A stretch of 63,541 nucleotides of DNA, filler included, from Sluysia triapertura (GCA_046118255.1; 5 parts of 5 records of this genome joined end to end with filler, not necessarily neighbours in it), one strand, 5' to 3'. Positions 1-13,133 are shown, counted from the first letter of the whole stretch. The notes: generated by a model not told the origin, from the sequence alone. Translations and numbers: made by a program.

Positions 1-2879
1 AATAATAAAAATTATTTTAAATTAATTAATTTAATAATTTTTTATACTAAATAAATTTTATAATATTTTTATAAATTAAATTAAAAATTTAAAAAAAAAA
101 ATAAAATAAAAATTTAAAAATTATTTACATCCTTACAAAAAGTATAAATACTAGTATTTTGAAGCTAACAGTAAATTAGCTATGAAAATACAGAATGAGT
201 TTAAGAAGTACAACAAGGAGTTGTAAGCGAAATTATAAACAGATTAATAATAAACTCATAAATAAATTTCTGACCTAATTCTAATTATCCAATTTTAATT
301 ATAAGTTTAACAATAGTCTTAAAATAGTGGAAAAATTAAATATATTTAATCTGTATTTTAATCCTTCCTTTAAAGAAGGACAAACCTATTAAAATTAAAC
401 CTAAAATCTTGATAAAAATCCAATTGGATTATGTTACAATGAATAATTTGAAATGGAAAAGATACTAAGAATTAATATGAATTTCTTGTACCGAATTGCT
501 ATGTTTTGTATGAATGAATCATTTGTATATTACTTTGTCTTTTTATGTATATTGTTGCGATATTTTTTATTACATAAAATTTTATTATTATAAACGCAAT
601 ATAAACATCTGTCAATCATCACATTATTTGTTTGACTATTATGTTTGCATATTTATGTTGCATATTAAATAAACATTTGGATTTTTATTAGGAATTAGGA
701 ATAATAATTCAATTTCGACGACTGAATATTAGTCTGAAACGTCGAAAATTGCATAAGTACAATATTCTGACGATAAATTATAATTTAAAATTAATAAAAT
801 TTTACAAAATTGATGTTAGTATTATTTGCATTTCCATCTCTGACATCAGAGACGAATTAGAATCATAGATTTTAAGACGAAAATAATTTTTATTGAAATT
901 TTAGAATAAAAACTAAATTAGAATAATTTTAAAGAATTATTAGAATAAACTTAAAGCAAATTCTAAAGATTTGTCTATTTTAATGAAAATGTTATTGAAT
1001 TAGCACTTTTTCAATTTATTTAGACACTAATCAGAATCATTATTTAAATATTAAGCATATTTTTCATATCTTTCCTTATTTGCACAATATAATCTTATTT
1101 ATTTATTTTTTAAATATACATTTATGTATATATATTTTTATGTATATTCTCTTTCCGATCGTTATTACTTTTTAATTCAATGGTTTATTAATAATAATTA
1201 TTATTAAGCATTTTCTTTAGTTATTGATATTTTGTTTTGGATTATTTTGAATAAATCTATTATTATTAATTTTAATTATAAAATAATCATTATTTTTATT
1301 GTTTTTAATCCATTAATTGAATATATGTAGCAATATAAATATATTCAAATTATGCTTTGTTAAATATTTTATATTTTTGAGTCATATGTATAAAATGTAT
1401 TCTTCGTGTCGCGTAGTGCACGTGAAATTCAAAAATCCCCATGGCAGTTAAAAGATTAAATTTGTATTGATTTTTTTATTTAAAAAATTTATTTAACAAA
1501 AAAAATAGATAATAATGCAATATAATAATAATTAATCTTATTGAATTTAGCTTAATAAGTGGACAATTTTTGGGTGTGCTTATTTTAATGAAGATGTTGA
1601 AATTGTGTCATAATTTCAGACTATAATGGTACTAATGATGAAAAAAATTCGAAAAAGAGTAGTCTTTTGAGCAAGCCTGAAAATGCAAATGAATAAATTG
1701 CTCAAAGTATCGTAATATGAGCACAATAATTTAAATTTTAATATTAAATTATGCTATGTTTAGATTTCAATTTTTATATAAAAATTTAAAATAGGCCTTG
1801 ATCAAGTTCGCTATCAATTTAAAATTTTGTATTAATAATTTGAATTTTACTCTGTTCTGAGAATACCAATTAATATTCAATTATTACATGAAATATTTGT
1901 AATTGTTCAGTATTTCGCTATCATTAATGTTTGGCACGATTGACATCAAGCAAAAATCGATTATTTCGAATTCCGTTAAGTGGGAAATACAAAAGAAATT
2001 TGTAAAGGTAAAATGAAAATTATTTTCAGAAAAAATAGAATTATGATGTAAAAATTATATGGAAATATTAATAACTTCAGTACTCCAGTAAATTGTAAAA
2101 TATTAAAATTCTTTTATTATAGATTTGTATCTATTATTTGTAGAATTAATTATAATATAATTCCGGCAATCAAACATTTTTTAAAGTTATTATAAATAAT
2201 TTCATGAATAAATTTAAAATGGAACTTAATAATTAATCAAATCTGTTACAAATTTTATTAATTGTATAATACTTTCTATTAATACGACTATTAAATCAGT
2301 CGTATACATAAAACAGCTCATAATATTCACGTTTTTCGACTAAACCTGAAATTTTGAATATTAAATTAATATGTTGTACATTAAATATTATATTTTATAA
2401 TATATATTATAATCCAATACAATGCACACAATACTAGACAAAAAGTTAAGAAGTCATCGAGGGATTTAACATCAGTTCTAATTTCAAATGGATTTTCGCT
2501 TCATGTACAAACTGGAAGAATTAATTCGTATTATTTAAATCCATCTTTAATTTGCGAAATTTATTTAGTAAGTTCGAATGTTTATAGATGTGTATTTTTA
2601 TGTATTTCATAAATAAAGCATGATCTAGCCTAGTGATAATTGTGAACCTGAGCTATACATATCTTACATAATGTAAGAAAGGCTGTAAAATGTTTAAGGA
2701 TTGTTTGATTTAAATTGGGAATTTTTGTTAATTATGTTAAGAGTTACGGATTTATTATATGCTGATTCATATTAGCCATTTTTGAAGTTTGGGAGCACAT
2801 AAATGTAGTAATGTTTGTAAATTTCGAGAAAATATGTTTTATGTTAAATTGTTACCGTATCGGTTTTATTTTCTGGTGA

Positions 2880-3300
2880 ATGTTCAAATTTTGGGTCAAC
2901 TAAAATTGTTTCTGATTTTAGCTCAAAGCAGTTTGTATCTATTGAAACGTTGAACAGTATGATTTTGAAGGGACCGGTGTATCTTGGTTGAAATGATGTT
3001 CGATCTTCTGTTTTCAACCATACGATGCAAAATGAATCATCCTGGAAAGAATTTTGTTTAATTCATTGAAAGATTAGTAGTTCTTTCAAGTTAGAACTAT
3101 TTGGTCTGGTGAATATCTAGTTCATGTATGAGGTAAATTGCGCCTGCCTAGTAAGATTAAAGGTAAGGCATAATGTTAGCAATGAGTGTTTGAGTGTGGA
3201 TGTTGCTCGAAGTTTAGTACTACCTAGTTGTTTGATTAAACTATTAAATAAGCTAAATTTGAATTGAGCTCCCCGATGTGTGATTATTCTGTAAATAGTG
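2880..3300 (-). mobile_element. Degenerate Ty3/Gypsy LTR-retrotransposon integrase fragment
   Basis: Minus-strand translation gives IITHRGAQFKFSLFNSLIKQLGSTKLRAT (about 3285-3205), matching the integrase core ITTDRGxQF...LG...RTT. It is followed by LPLILLGRRN and by VWLKTEDRTSFQPRYTGPFKII (GPF/GPY motif, about 2990-2960). Frameshifted and internally deleted. Confidence 0.85.
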
Positions 3301-4914
3301 TAAAATGTATGTAAAATTTTAAATTAAATTTTGTAACGTATGTAAATTATAATAGTTTTTTAAATTAGATTGTAAATAAAAGCAATAGTTTTTTTAAAAA
3401 ATTAATAAAAAACATTTTAAAAGAAATAATACGTAAATATAAAGACTTTGAATTTACTAAGTATACAAAAACATTAAAAAAGAAATATTACATTTTTATT
3501 ACAATTTTATAATAATTTTAATGATAAACTCTACAATTTTATTGTCAAGAAATAAAACTTATTACGACTGCTTGGATTTATTATGTAAAATAAAAACCAA
3601 AAGTTCTCAGACTCAATAATCGCGAAGTTAACGCAAAATTCTTAAAGTCTGGAAGTTATAGTAGTGGAACATTTTGGTTACTCAATAAATCAAATTAAAA
3701 TTTGGAAAATACATCGATCGAATCTCGATATCAAGTGGTTGTTTTCATTATTCGTGACTACTAGTGACTATTTATGTACTAAGGCAAATTATTACATTTT
3801 AAAAACTTTATCAGATCATTGTGACTTTAATTATATTTATTTATTAAGAAATCTATGGCATGTTCAAAAAGAATCAGCAATTAATATTCTACAAATCTAA
3901 TATTATAATAAAAATTTTTCTTAATTCACTTTTTATGATATTAAATAAATGTTCTAGATCTTATTTTTATTTTTTAATTTTTAAATACATAGGTAAAAAA
4001 ACTTTTAAAAATAATTTTATTTGATATAATTGAATTTAATATTTATTACAATTTTGTTTTTATTGAATATTAAGTTTTATATAATTAATAAATTTAAAAA
4101 TTTTAAAAATAAATTTAATAAATCCCACACACAAAATTCTACATTAAATGAAATTATTGATTATATTCATGCATTAAACGAATTTAATAATGAGTATGAT
4201 AAACAGAGAATTTCAAGAAGTACGATAATTGATAAAACTTTTCTAAATCTAGTTTCGCCTATTCCTCTAGCAACGGATATGTTTTTATATGTGAGTTTTT
4301 GTTTTGAGGATACTCCTCAGCTGGAGAGACTGAATTATAAAAGAGTTTTATCTCTAAAATCTATAATTAACAAATAACACACAATTTACGCACTCTCAAT
4401 TCCTTTGCTGGCACGAAACCGGCACTCATTACTTAAACCAAGTCAGATTAGGTCTTGCCAAATATTTTTCACAAACATATCTCACTTTTAAATAACATTT
4501 TGTAACATTATGTAACCTCATATAATAATCAACTTTTTGTATGATTTTCTCTAATTTTAACACATAACATAGAAAAATCATTTTAATTGCGTAATACCGT
4601 TATTTTTGAGACTAAACAAATATCAGATTTGTAGTCGCTTCTTCACAAGAATTCATTTCTATATCCAATTCTAGTTTATACGTAATTTCTTGTTAATACA
4701 TAATTTCAAAATTAATTAAAATAACTTTTTTGCATTATCTGTGTTTAAATCCCCGAAGACCTTATAATTAAGAATATTCAAGTACATGTATGTGTTCTAT
4801 TACTTAAAACTTATGCTTTACGTTTTATTATTATTTTATTATTAGCCGTGAATAAATGATATTTTTATAATTAAGATAATATTATCAATAATTTATAAAA
4901 TATAAATCAATAAA

Positions 4915-7578
4915 ATGGTTAGTTAATTAGCATAATTAAAATTTCGTTATTAAGCATGATATTGTTAGTATACATGTTGGTCAATGTGGTCTTCAAATTG
5001 GATTCGCCGTTTGGGAATTGCTAACAGCTGAACATAGTATAAGAAAAGATGGATTACGGCTTAGTGACACAGTTGATATGGATGCAGCATTGCCAGTGTT
5101 TCATGCAACCCATTCTGATAAATATGTACCTAAAAGTATTTTTATAGATTTAGAACCGACAGTTATTGGTTAGATTTATTAAATTTAATAAATATTATTA
5201 ATAGTTAAATTATAAATTATGAGCCAAATCTAAATGCTAAATTTAGTGGTTTTGTTTAAATTTTGAAAGAAAAATCATAATAAAATTGCATTTATAAGCT
5301 TAATTATTTCATCAATTTTAAAGTCTTGAAATAATTTTTAAATATCTACGCGTTTTAGTTATTAATATTGTGAATGTTGTCAATATTTTTCTACCAAACG
5401 CAAAATTATTATTACTAACGAACATAACTGTAATGGTAGACTTACAATCTAATGGTAGGTGCCCTGTAGGATTTGCTAAGAGTCTGTTTTAAAGATAAAT
5501 GTCTAATATTCTTTAACATGTCTTGTATTATTAAGTTAAAAATCTACTCTATTTATATATCATCGCAAACATTCAGTAACAAACTTTATCATTTACATAA
5601 AATGTTTATAATTATAATTGGTGATTAATTGATTGGTTGTGTGGTGAACTCAACCGTGAAACATAATTTCCTTGAACAAAATTATAAACAAAAACAAACA
5701 ACTTCTCTTTACACACTTTATTTTAATTAACAAAAGTCGATATTTTAAACTTTGTAATTACAATTATGAGTTGTACGTATTTGACATAGATACGTTACCC
5801 TATTTAATTATAAATAAACGAATCACGAATTAAATTAGATATCCGGTTCTATTTCAGATCAAATGAGGACGGGTCCATACAGAAATCTTTATCATTCAGA
5901 ACAATTAATTAGTGGTTTTGAAGATGCTGCTAGCAATTTTTCTCGAGGCTATAGTACAGTTGGAAAAAGTTTGTATAAAAATTGTGAGAATCGAATTCGA
6001 AAAGAATTCGAAAATTCCAATTATTCATGTGCAATACAACTGTTTCATTCTATTTGCGGTGGAACAGGATCCGGTTTTACTAGTGCTCTTTTGGAAATAT
6101 TACAAGAATATCCTAAAGTTACAAAAGCTGAATTGACGATACATCCATCTCCTTTTTTATCTGCGGTTATAGTTGAACCGTATAACTGTGTTTTAAGTGA
6201 ACATTTTTGTATGGATAGTGTTGACATATCAACATTAATGGACAATGAATCGCTTTATGATTTCATTAGTGCACATGTAAATATAAAAGAATCAACGTTC
6301 AATCATTTAAACCGTTTAATTAGTCAAATATATAGTTGTATGTCTTCTCCAACGCGTTTTAACAGTGATATTTACAATGAATTTGCATCATTAATAAATT
6401 TGGTACCATATCCTCGTATACACTTTCCACTGGTTAGTTATGCACCAGGTGCTAGCACTAGTAATATGTTGCATTCTTATAATTCAATACTTGAATTAAC
6501 TAGATCGTGTTATTGCTTAGAAAATCAATTATTAAAATGTAATCCTATGTCCGGTAAGTATATGTCATGTTCAATGATTTATCGTGGTGCAGTTTGTCCT
6601 GGAGATGTTTATTTTTCAATTTCAGATATAAAAAATAATCCCTCGATTCGTTTTGTTGATTGGTGTCCTACGTCATTTAAAGTCGGTATTGTAAAAAAAC
6701 TTCCATACATTGTTCCTGCATCTCAAATGGGTTATACTGATAAAGATCTTGTTGCAGTTTCCAATTCGTCATCCATTAGTACTGCTTGGCATAGATTAGT
6801 ACAAAAATTTCACAATATGTACGCAAAACGATCTTTTGTACACTGGTACGTAGCAGAAGGTTTAGAAGAAGATGAATTTTGTGAAGCATTGTACAATTTA
6901 GCATCTTTGGCTAAAGATTACGAAGAAATAACTGCAGATAGTGATTTAATATCTAATGCTGAACATTCTCATGATGAGGAAAATGGACTCGAAAAACCTT
7001 GCGGTGAAACAATTTGTAGAGACATGAATAATGGATTTGGAAATCCAGTAGAATGTACAACATTAAGTATAATAAAAAATTCCGAAGACCACATTACAGA
7101 TACGGATAATATTCATGAAAATGTAAGTAATTCAGTAAGGTGCTTTAGTAAATCAACAAATTCAAATTTTAAAGAAGCGAATTGGAAGTATCAATATCCA
7201 GAATTTCTAGAATCACTTTATAAATCGCAGGATTTTTCTCATTTGACATATTCGACAAACTCCGTTATACCTTTCGATTGTAACAGCAAATTTAATAATT
7301 TAACTAAATCATTAAATAATTCTCAGTTAAGATCCATTTGTGAGTTGTTTAAATATCAAACTAATTCCATAAATAAAGCATCTAATAATTCTAAATTCAG
7401 TTCGTCAGAAACAAAAACTAATTCGTTTGAAACTCAACCATCGATAAAGATAGAAAGTAATAACTTTACAACCAATCATCTAATAGACTGTTACAATGAA
7501 ATTAATGATGATTTAGAAAGTTTAGAAGATTTTGTAACATACTCTTTGATTCAAGATTTAATTCGTAAAACAACATGA
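4915..7578 (+). CDS. Divergent alpha-tubulin-like protein with a C-terminal extension of about 215 aa. Exons 4915-4917, 4955-5168, 5858-7578 (645 aa).
   Basis: Spliced translation M/HDIVSIHVGQCGLQIG...FIDLEPTVI/DQMRTGPYR...EDAASNFSRG...HSICGGTGSG...NLVPYPRIHFP...FVDWCPTSFKVGI...FVHWYVAEGLEEDEF...KDYEEI. GT-AG introns 4918-4954 (37 nt, directly after the ATG) and 5169-5857 (phase 1 in the D of EPTVID) match conserved animal alpha-tubulin intron positions. AATAAA overlaps the stop codon. Confidence 0.95.
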
Positions 7579-8339
7579 ATAAAATTCATTTATTCAAACA
7601 TTAATTTTTTGTGCTCTGTGTATAAATATTTATAATGAATTTTTTTGAAATTTTCAAATTGAATTGACTACATATCTTTATTGACGCAACATTTTGTCTA
7701 TATATTTTATTTGAAAAAATATTTTCAGTATTTATTTGATTTTTATATTGCAATTAAAATGCAAAATTGTCTATTTTTATTTATTTTAAAAGGTATCACT
7801 TAAATCTTCAATATATTTAATTAATATTTAACTAATTAATAAACATAATCATAAGATAATTCAGAAATTGAATTATTAATTCTTTGCTACTGTAAAGATT
7901 ATTTATTAATAAAATGTCTTTGCAAAATTATACAAAATTTAATTAAACCAAAAAACTGCATTTTAAAAACAATAAAATTATTGCAAGAATATATTATAGA
8001 AAAATATTATGTAAATTAAAAATTAAGTCAAAAGTAATAACATAATAATAAACAATAAGTGAATAAAATAATAGTAATTAAAATTAAGAGATAAAAATAA
8101 TAGCATATAAACTATAATGTAATTTAATAATAATTTATAATGCTATCATATAGTGTAAATGAAATAATATCAAAAAAGTAATTTCACTACGTATTAATGT
8201 ATTACAAAAATTAGAAAATATCGTTATTATGGAAAAATCAAGCATAAATAGACGGGTTTTATCAACACATTTTCCAAGATATCGATTTAGTTTCAAGTAT
8301 TTAATTTGGTTCAAGGTATCGAGTTAGTTTCAAGTTGTG

Positions 8340-8560
8340 GGGAGGGCTTTTTATGTTAGCAAATTATAATTATTTTTTATATTTTTAATTATGTAAAAAT
8401 TATCCGAAACATGAAATTTGGAAAACATTAACAAAATGTTAAACCTATTAATTACTGAACTAGGCTTAAGGCCTTTTAAAAATAACAATTTTAAACAAAT
8501 AACAACAAAGTTAAGTAGTGTATTAATACAACAATAAAATATTGAAAAAAAACGTATAAA
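8340..8560 (+). repeat. Dispersed repeat, homologous to 41960-42190 (-)
   Basis: Both copies share GGAGGGCTT...AAATTATAA...TAGGCTTAAGGCCTTT(T)AAAAA. Translations are LLITELGLRPFK versus LLNNIGLRPLK. Confidence 0.75.
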
Positions 8561-8607
8561 CGTACTTACAACATAACATAGAAATATTATCAAATGTCCA
8601 ATTTTGA

Positions 8608-9165
8608 TTATTTCGTTTGTATAAAATGAGTGAAAAAGTAGATAATTATAATTGAAAAATAAAATATAATTCTTAGAATTAAGTTGAAGTCTGCTACGAA
8701 TTTCCCATTTGCCGAATAAACTGTAAAAATGGTCAGGATTATAAATTTGAGAGCTAACTTTAAATTGTTGACATTATTGACATTGTAGACATTTTTAAAT
8801 CGTCTAATATCAATCATAGTTTGTTTCAATTGAGCTGGAAGTTTTTGATATTGACCGTCCAATTTCTTAGATTTATGTTGCAGTTTTATCTGTTTATGGT
8901 GGTCTAAATTTGATAATAATTTTGTGAAACGATTTTATAATGATTGTTCACGTATTGTTGCATTTTCTATTTTGATTTCATGACGAATTTCTTTGGCACG
9001 ATTTTCAGCTTCGTTGACGTCGTTATTGAATAGTTTAGCAGCATTAAATGGGTCTAATATCAATGTGCGTAAAGCTTCCGATTTTTCTATTGAATTTGAC
9101 TTAAGAAAAAATGGATCAGAAGTATTGTAATGGATTATCCAAAAAAATTTGATATTTAGATATGA
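8608..9165 (-). pseudogene. Orphan reading frame (charged, coiled-coil-like N-part and two hydrophobic C-terminal segments) with one in-frame stop
   Basis: The frame is open from 9165 (after a ttttaatcgtag acceptor-like site) to 8608 except for TAA at 8937-8935. It includes track ORF 8608-8862. Confidence 0.45.
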
Positions 9166-10137
9166 CTACGATTAAAAATAAAACAAATTGTGGAAGTAAT
9201 CTTGAATACAAGATTTATTTTTTCTATATAAATATTTTGGCCAATTTTATAAAATTTTTTTAAAATACATATATCAATATAAATAAATACATTTTATATT
9301 TAGCTAAACCTCTAGATTTGGCCAATTTTTTGGTGTTCCTACTTTTGGACAAATTAATAGGGTATACTCGATACTAATAATAGTAGAATTACTTTATTTT
9401 ATATTTTCAGTTACCGAAATAATTTCCAAGACGCACATAAATTCACTGTACTGAGTGTAAAATATTATTTCTATCATCGTCTCCTTATTCAATATATCGT
9501 CTCCTTATTCTTAACCAATTTGTCGAATCTTTAAAAAATTCTGATAGCATTATATTAATTATATTGTTTCATCTAATTTGAATAATACTGATGCTTTATG
9601 ACGACTTACCTTTAAGCATATGCAGTTCACTAATGATTTTTATTTTTTATTTCAATATCCGTTGATGTTTTACTTTTTATATTTATTATTATCTCATTAT
9701 TTGTTTTATTCACTTTGCAAAATTATTTGTTTTATCGTAATTAAGTAAGCATCATTATCCAACAATACCAATAACGTGACCAATACATTGTTTATTTACT
9801 AAGGTAATAAACCGTAGAAAAGATATCAAATATGTTGAAGTTTTATGATAGAAAACTGTGATATTGATCAACTCACATGGATTATATTTTGTATCTATAT
9901 TATACCAAAGTTTTAATCTATGCCGAAAATATTGTATCATATGCAGTGAGATCATGTAATAAAAATGTTGACATTTACTGAAAGGATTACTAAAATAACT
10001 ATATTATTTTCTAATGGAGGAGAAACTATTATATTTATTTTAATTTTTCAGTGAAACCGTTAAGCTTATGGGGGAAAAATAAATTTATTTATAAATATTT
10101 TGTTTATAACTTAAAACTTACATAATTAATTATTCAG

Positions 10138-11200
10138 ATGAATTCGAATATAAAAGGCTCAAATCGAATATCGAATTATTGAAACATAAGATTCAACTAT
10201 CTAAACCTGAACAGTGAGTTTTTTTAATTTTAATTTGTAAAAGAAAATAAATGAAAAATTTTGTTTTGTTATTTTGACTTCAGAAGTAAATTGAAATTTG
10301 TAAATTCTATTTTTGCCTTTTACAACTGGCGCACTAAACATAAAATTTGTAATGTTTTATTAATTTCAAATTTGTTATTAACTTTTGCTTCGCAAAATGC
10401 ATTATGCAGATGGTAATTTTATCAAAAGCAAGTACTTAATACAACAATAGAATTACATTACATTTGTGACAAATTTTTCCCAAGAAAAGTGTGGAAAAAT
10501 GTTTCTTGACTAGTATATATTTATAATTATAATGTTTTAATAAGCATATTAAACTACAATAAATACAAGGTAATTCAGTTAAAAAATTTATTTATGCCAT
10601 TTTTAGTAATCTTCTTTTTAGTAAAGATCGCATCAGACATTTCTTATCTAATCGAGAACCATAATATACTTTTTTATTTAAAATTGAAAAATAATGAAAC
10701 TAATTGTATTACAAAATTATATTTTTAATTTCATGGAAACATTAGTAACCTACTGGTTGCTAAGTTTTATTAGATCTATGAACTATTTGTAAAAAAAATC
10801 GGCTTCGTGATTATATCTTTTTAAAAAAAGGAAATTTATTTTTACATTTACTATCTAAAACAAATAGAATGCTAAAGTTATTATTAAATCTATTTTAAAT
10901 AAATTATTATTTATTTTTGTTGCTACATCTGTTCCATGATAAATGAGTCATTTAGCAGTTTTCGTTTAATTAAGAAAAATAAGCATAAATTTATTGTTTC
11001 TGATATAAAACAACTATTTTCTATTATTTTGTTTAACTTCGTAATTTTACATTTTTAATTTTATTTACAATTTAATTATTGTAAATATTATTGAAAATAT
11101 TAAAAACAACTTCAACTTATTTCAGGAAAGAACATGTACCTTTTATTTACAATGATTTGGAACCATATACTGATATTCAGATGTATGAAATAATTCGATA
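10138..11200 (+). CDS. Partial spliced gene of unknown product. Exons 10138-10213 and 11126 to about 11200.
   Basis: Strong acceptor ttcag at 10137, donor gtgagt at 10214 and acceptor tttcag at 11125. The phase-compatible join reads DEFEYKRLKSNIELLKHKIQLSKPEQKEHVPFIYNDLEPYTDIQ. Start and end were not resolved. Confidence 0.45.
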
Positions 11201-13033
11201 TCAAGTTATTTTGTATTCTTTATTAATCATATTGACATTTAATAATATTACATTATATTACAATTCCTACATATTAAATATGAACAAATTCGTAGTTATC
11301 CTAAAAGGACTGAATTTATCAATTTAAAAACAAATTATAATCGAATTTAATTTAGATTTAATATTAATGTAGGATTATTCATAAGTTGAAAGATATTTAT
11401 TAGTGTGTGCATGCGATTTAAGTTAACTAATTCAGATTAAGGTATTAAAGATTAAACTAACACGACGTGCTGCCATTTTTAATTACAAATACAGCTACTA
11501 CACGTATTGTAGACGAACCCTGATAAAATTTATTTTACCGAGGGTTATGAATAAGAAAAAACCGCAGCGATATAGTAATACAAAGAATCTTTTTACACTT
11601 TATATTTTACTTTTATATTAACGCATTATGAAAGGGTAATCTAACAGATCTAACAAAATTGCGTAGCAGCCGGTATTTGGGAAACATGATTATGGTTCTT
11701 ATTTTTTATTTAAGCAAAAAGTAAAACTGTTTTGATAGATTTTCATTTATAATCTAATAAAATATTATAAATTTATTGATCACATGAAAAGCAGGCAGCA
11801 TCTGACTTACAACTTTTTAGTGATAACTACTCGGGCGAGTTGAAAAAAGGCACATTTTTAGAAATCATTTTATTATATTTACGTGGTCAGTTATACCTAT
11901 CATACGTCATTTTTGTTTAAATTAAGTTTTTATTGGTTGTAAATAAACTAATACCCGCCAGACCCATATTGTTTTAATTGCTACGTTTTTCCATATCGAT
12001 TCAGACATAATTATCAAAAAATCAATGTTTTTAAAATATTTGTTTAAAATTATTAATTAATATGTAAATTTCATTATTTTTTAATTAAAATGCTATTTTT
12101 ATTAAAAGTGCTACTTTATTTTCTATATTTTGTTGTTATAGTTACTATTACAGCAAAATATTTACTTCTAATGTCAATAATACGAGAATGCATTATTTAA
12201 AATAAATATATCATACAGATATGTCAGTTTATCTTTTAAAATGTATTTACTCTAAATTATTTTTGTTGTTGAAATAAAAATTATTTATTACTTTTAAACA
12301 ATTATTTATTATAAAAACAATTATTTATTGCTCTGATTTTGATTACTATGATTATGTTTCACTTTGCGATGAATTTTATTAGTTCTAGCGGATATGTATG
12401 TCCGCGTGAAACTGCCTTCGGGGTTTATTTCGCTCAAGAAGTTTTCCAGTAGTTTTGTGTCGATGTATTTGGTTTGAACGATTTTATTGGTTGATTATTG
12501 TTTATTATGTGTTTTGGTTAGAGTGTGTATTATTATATTAAATTTGGATTTTGTGTTAATAAATTAGAAATATTTTTGAAGTTTATTTACTCAGATGATA
12601 AAACCTGTTTAATTTTAATAGTCAAAGTCGATTTTAACTCAATGAGGATGAGAATTATTTTTTTAGTAAAGTTATAAGAAGGGATAATCTTAACAAAGTG
12701 TATTATTTATTAAAATGAATAAAGTGTTTATCATATACATTAAAAAATATAATAAAAATTTCTGGACATATTTATTTATTTGTAATTCTAATTTATTGTA
12801 CCATATTGCATGCAATTCCAACAAAACGTGAATTTTCTTCATCAGTCCTCAAGGTGTTAATGAATTGCGTGTCAGTGCAACATCTGTTAGGATCTGCTAC
12901 TGCTTAATCTGACAACTAACCACATTTTTATAATTTATACAAGATATTATATAATATTATATAATGATGTATAATATTATATGTTGCACATTCATGATGG
13001 TTCTGCTGTTATTGCACGTTACGTACAATAACT

Positions 13034-13133
13034 NNNNNNNNNNNNNNNNNNNNNNNNNNNNNNNNNNNNNNNNNNNNTTAATTAATTAANNNNNNNNNNN
13101 NNNNNNNNNNNNNNNNNNNNNNNNNNNNNNNNN
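13034..13133. other. Artificial contig-join linker (N-TTAATTAATTAA-N)
   Basis: 100-nt N run with a central 12-mer that gives stops in all six frames. Identical construct at four positions. Confidence 0.98.

Noticed and set aside
3664-4377. Track ORFs 3664-3900 and 4030-4377
   Set aside because: Non-ATG starts, AT-driven composition, no recognisable motif or convincing splice structure.
13078-13089. TTAATTAATTAA inside N runs, recurring four times
   Set aside because: Assembly linker with six-frame stops, not biological. It also means synteny across these points is unproven.
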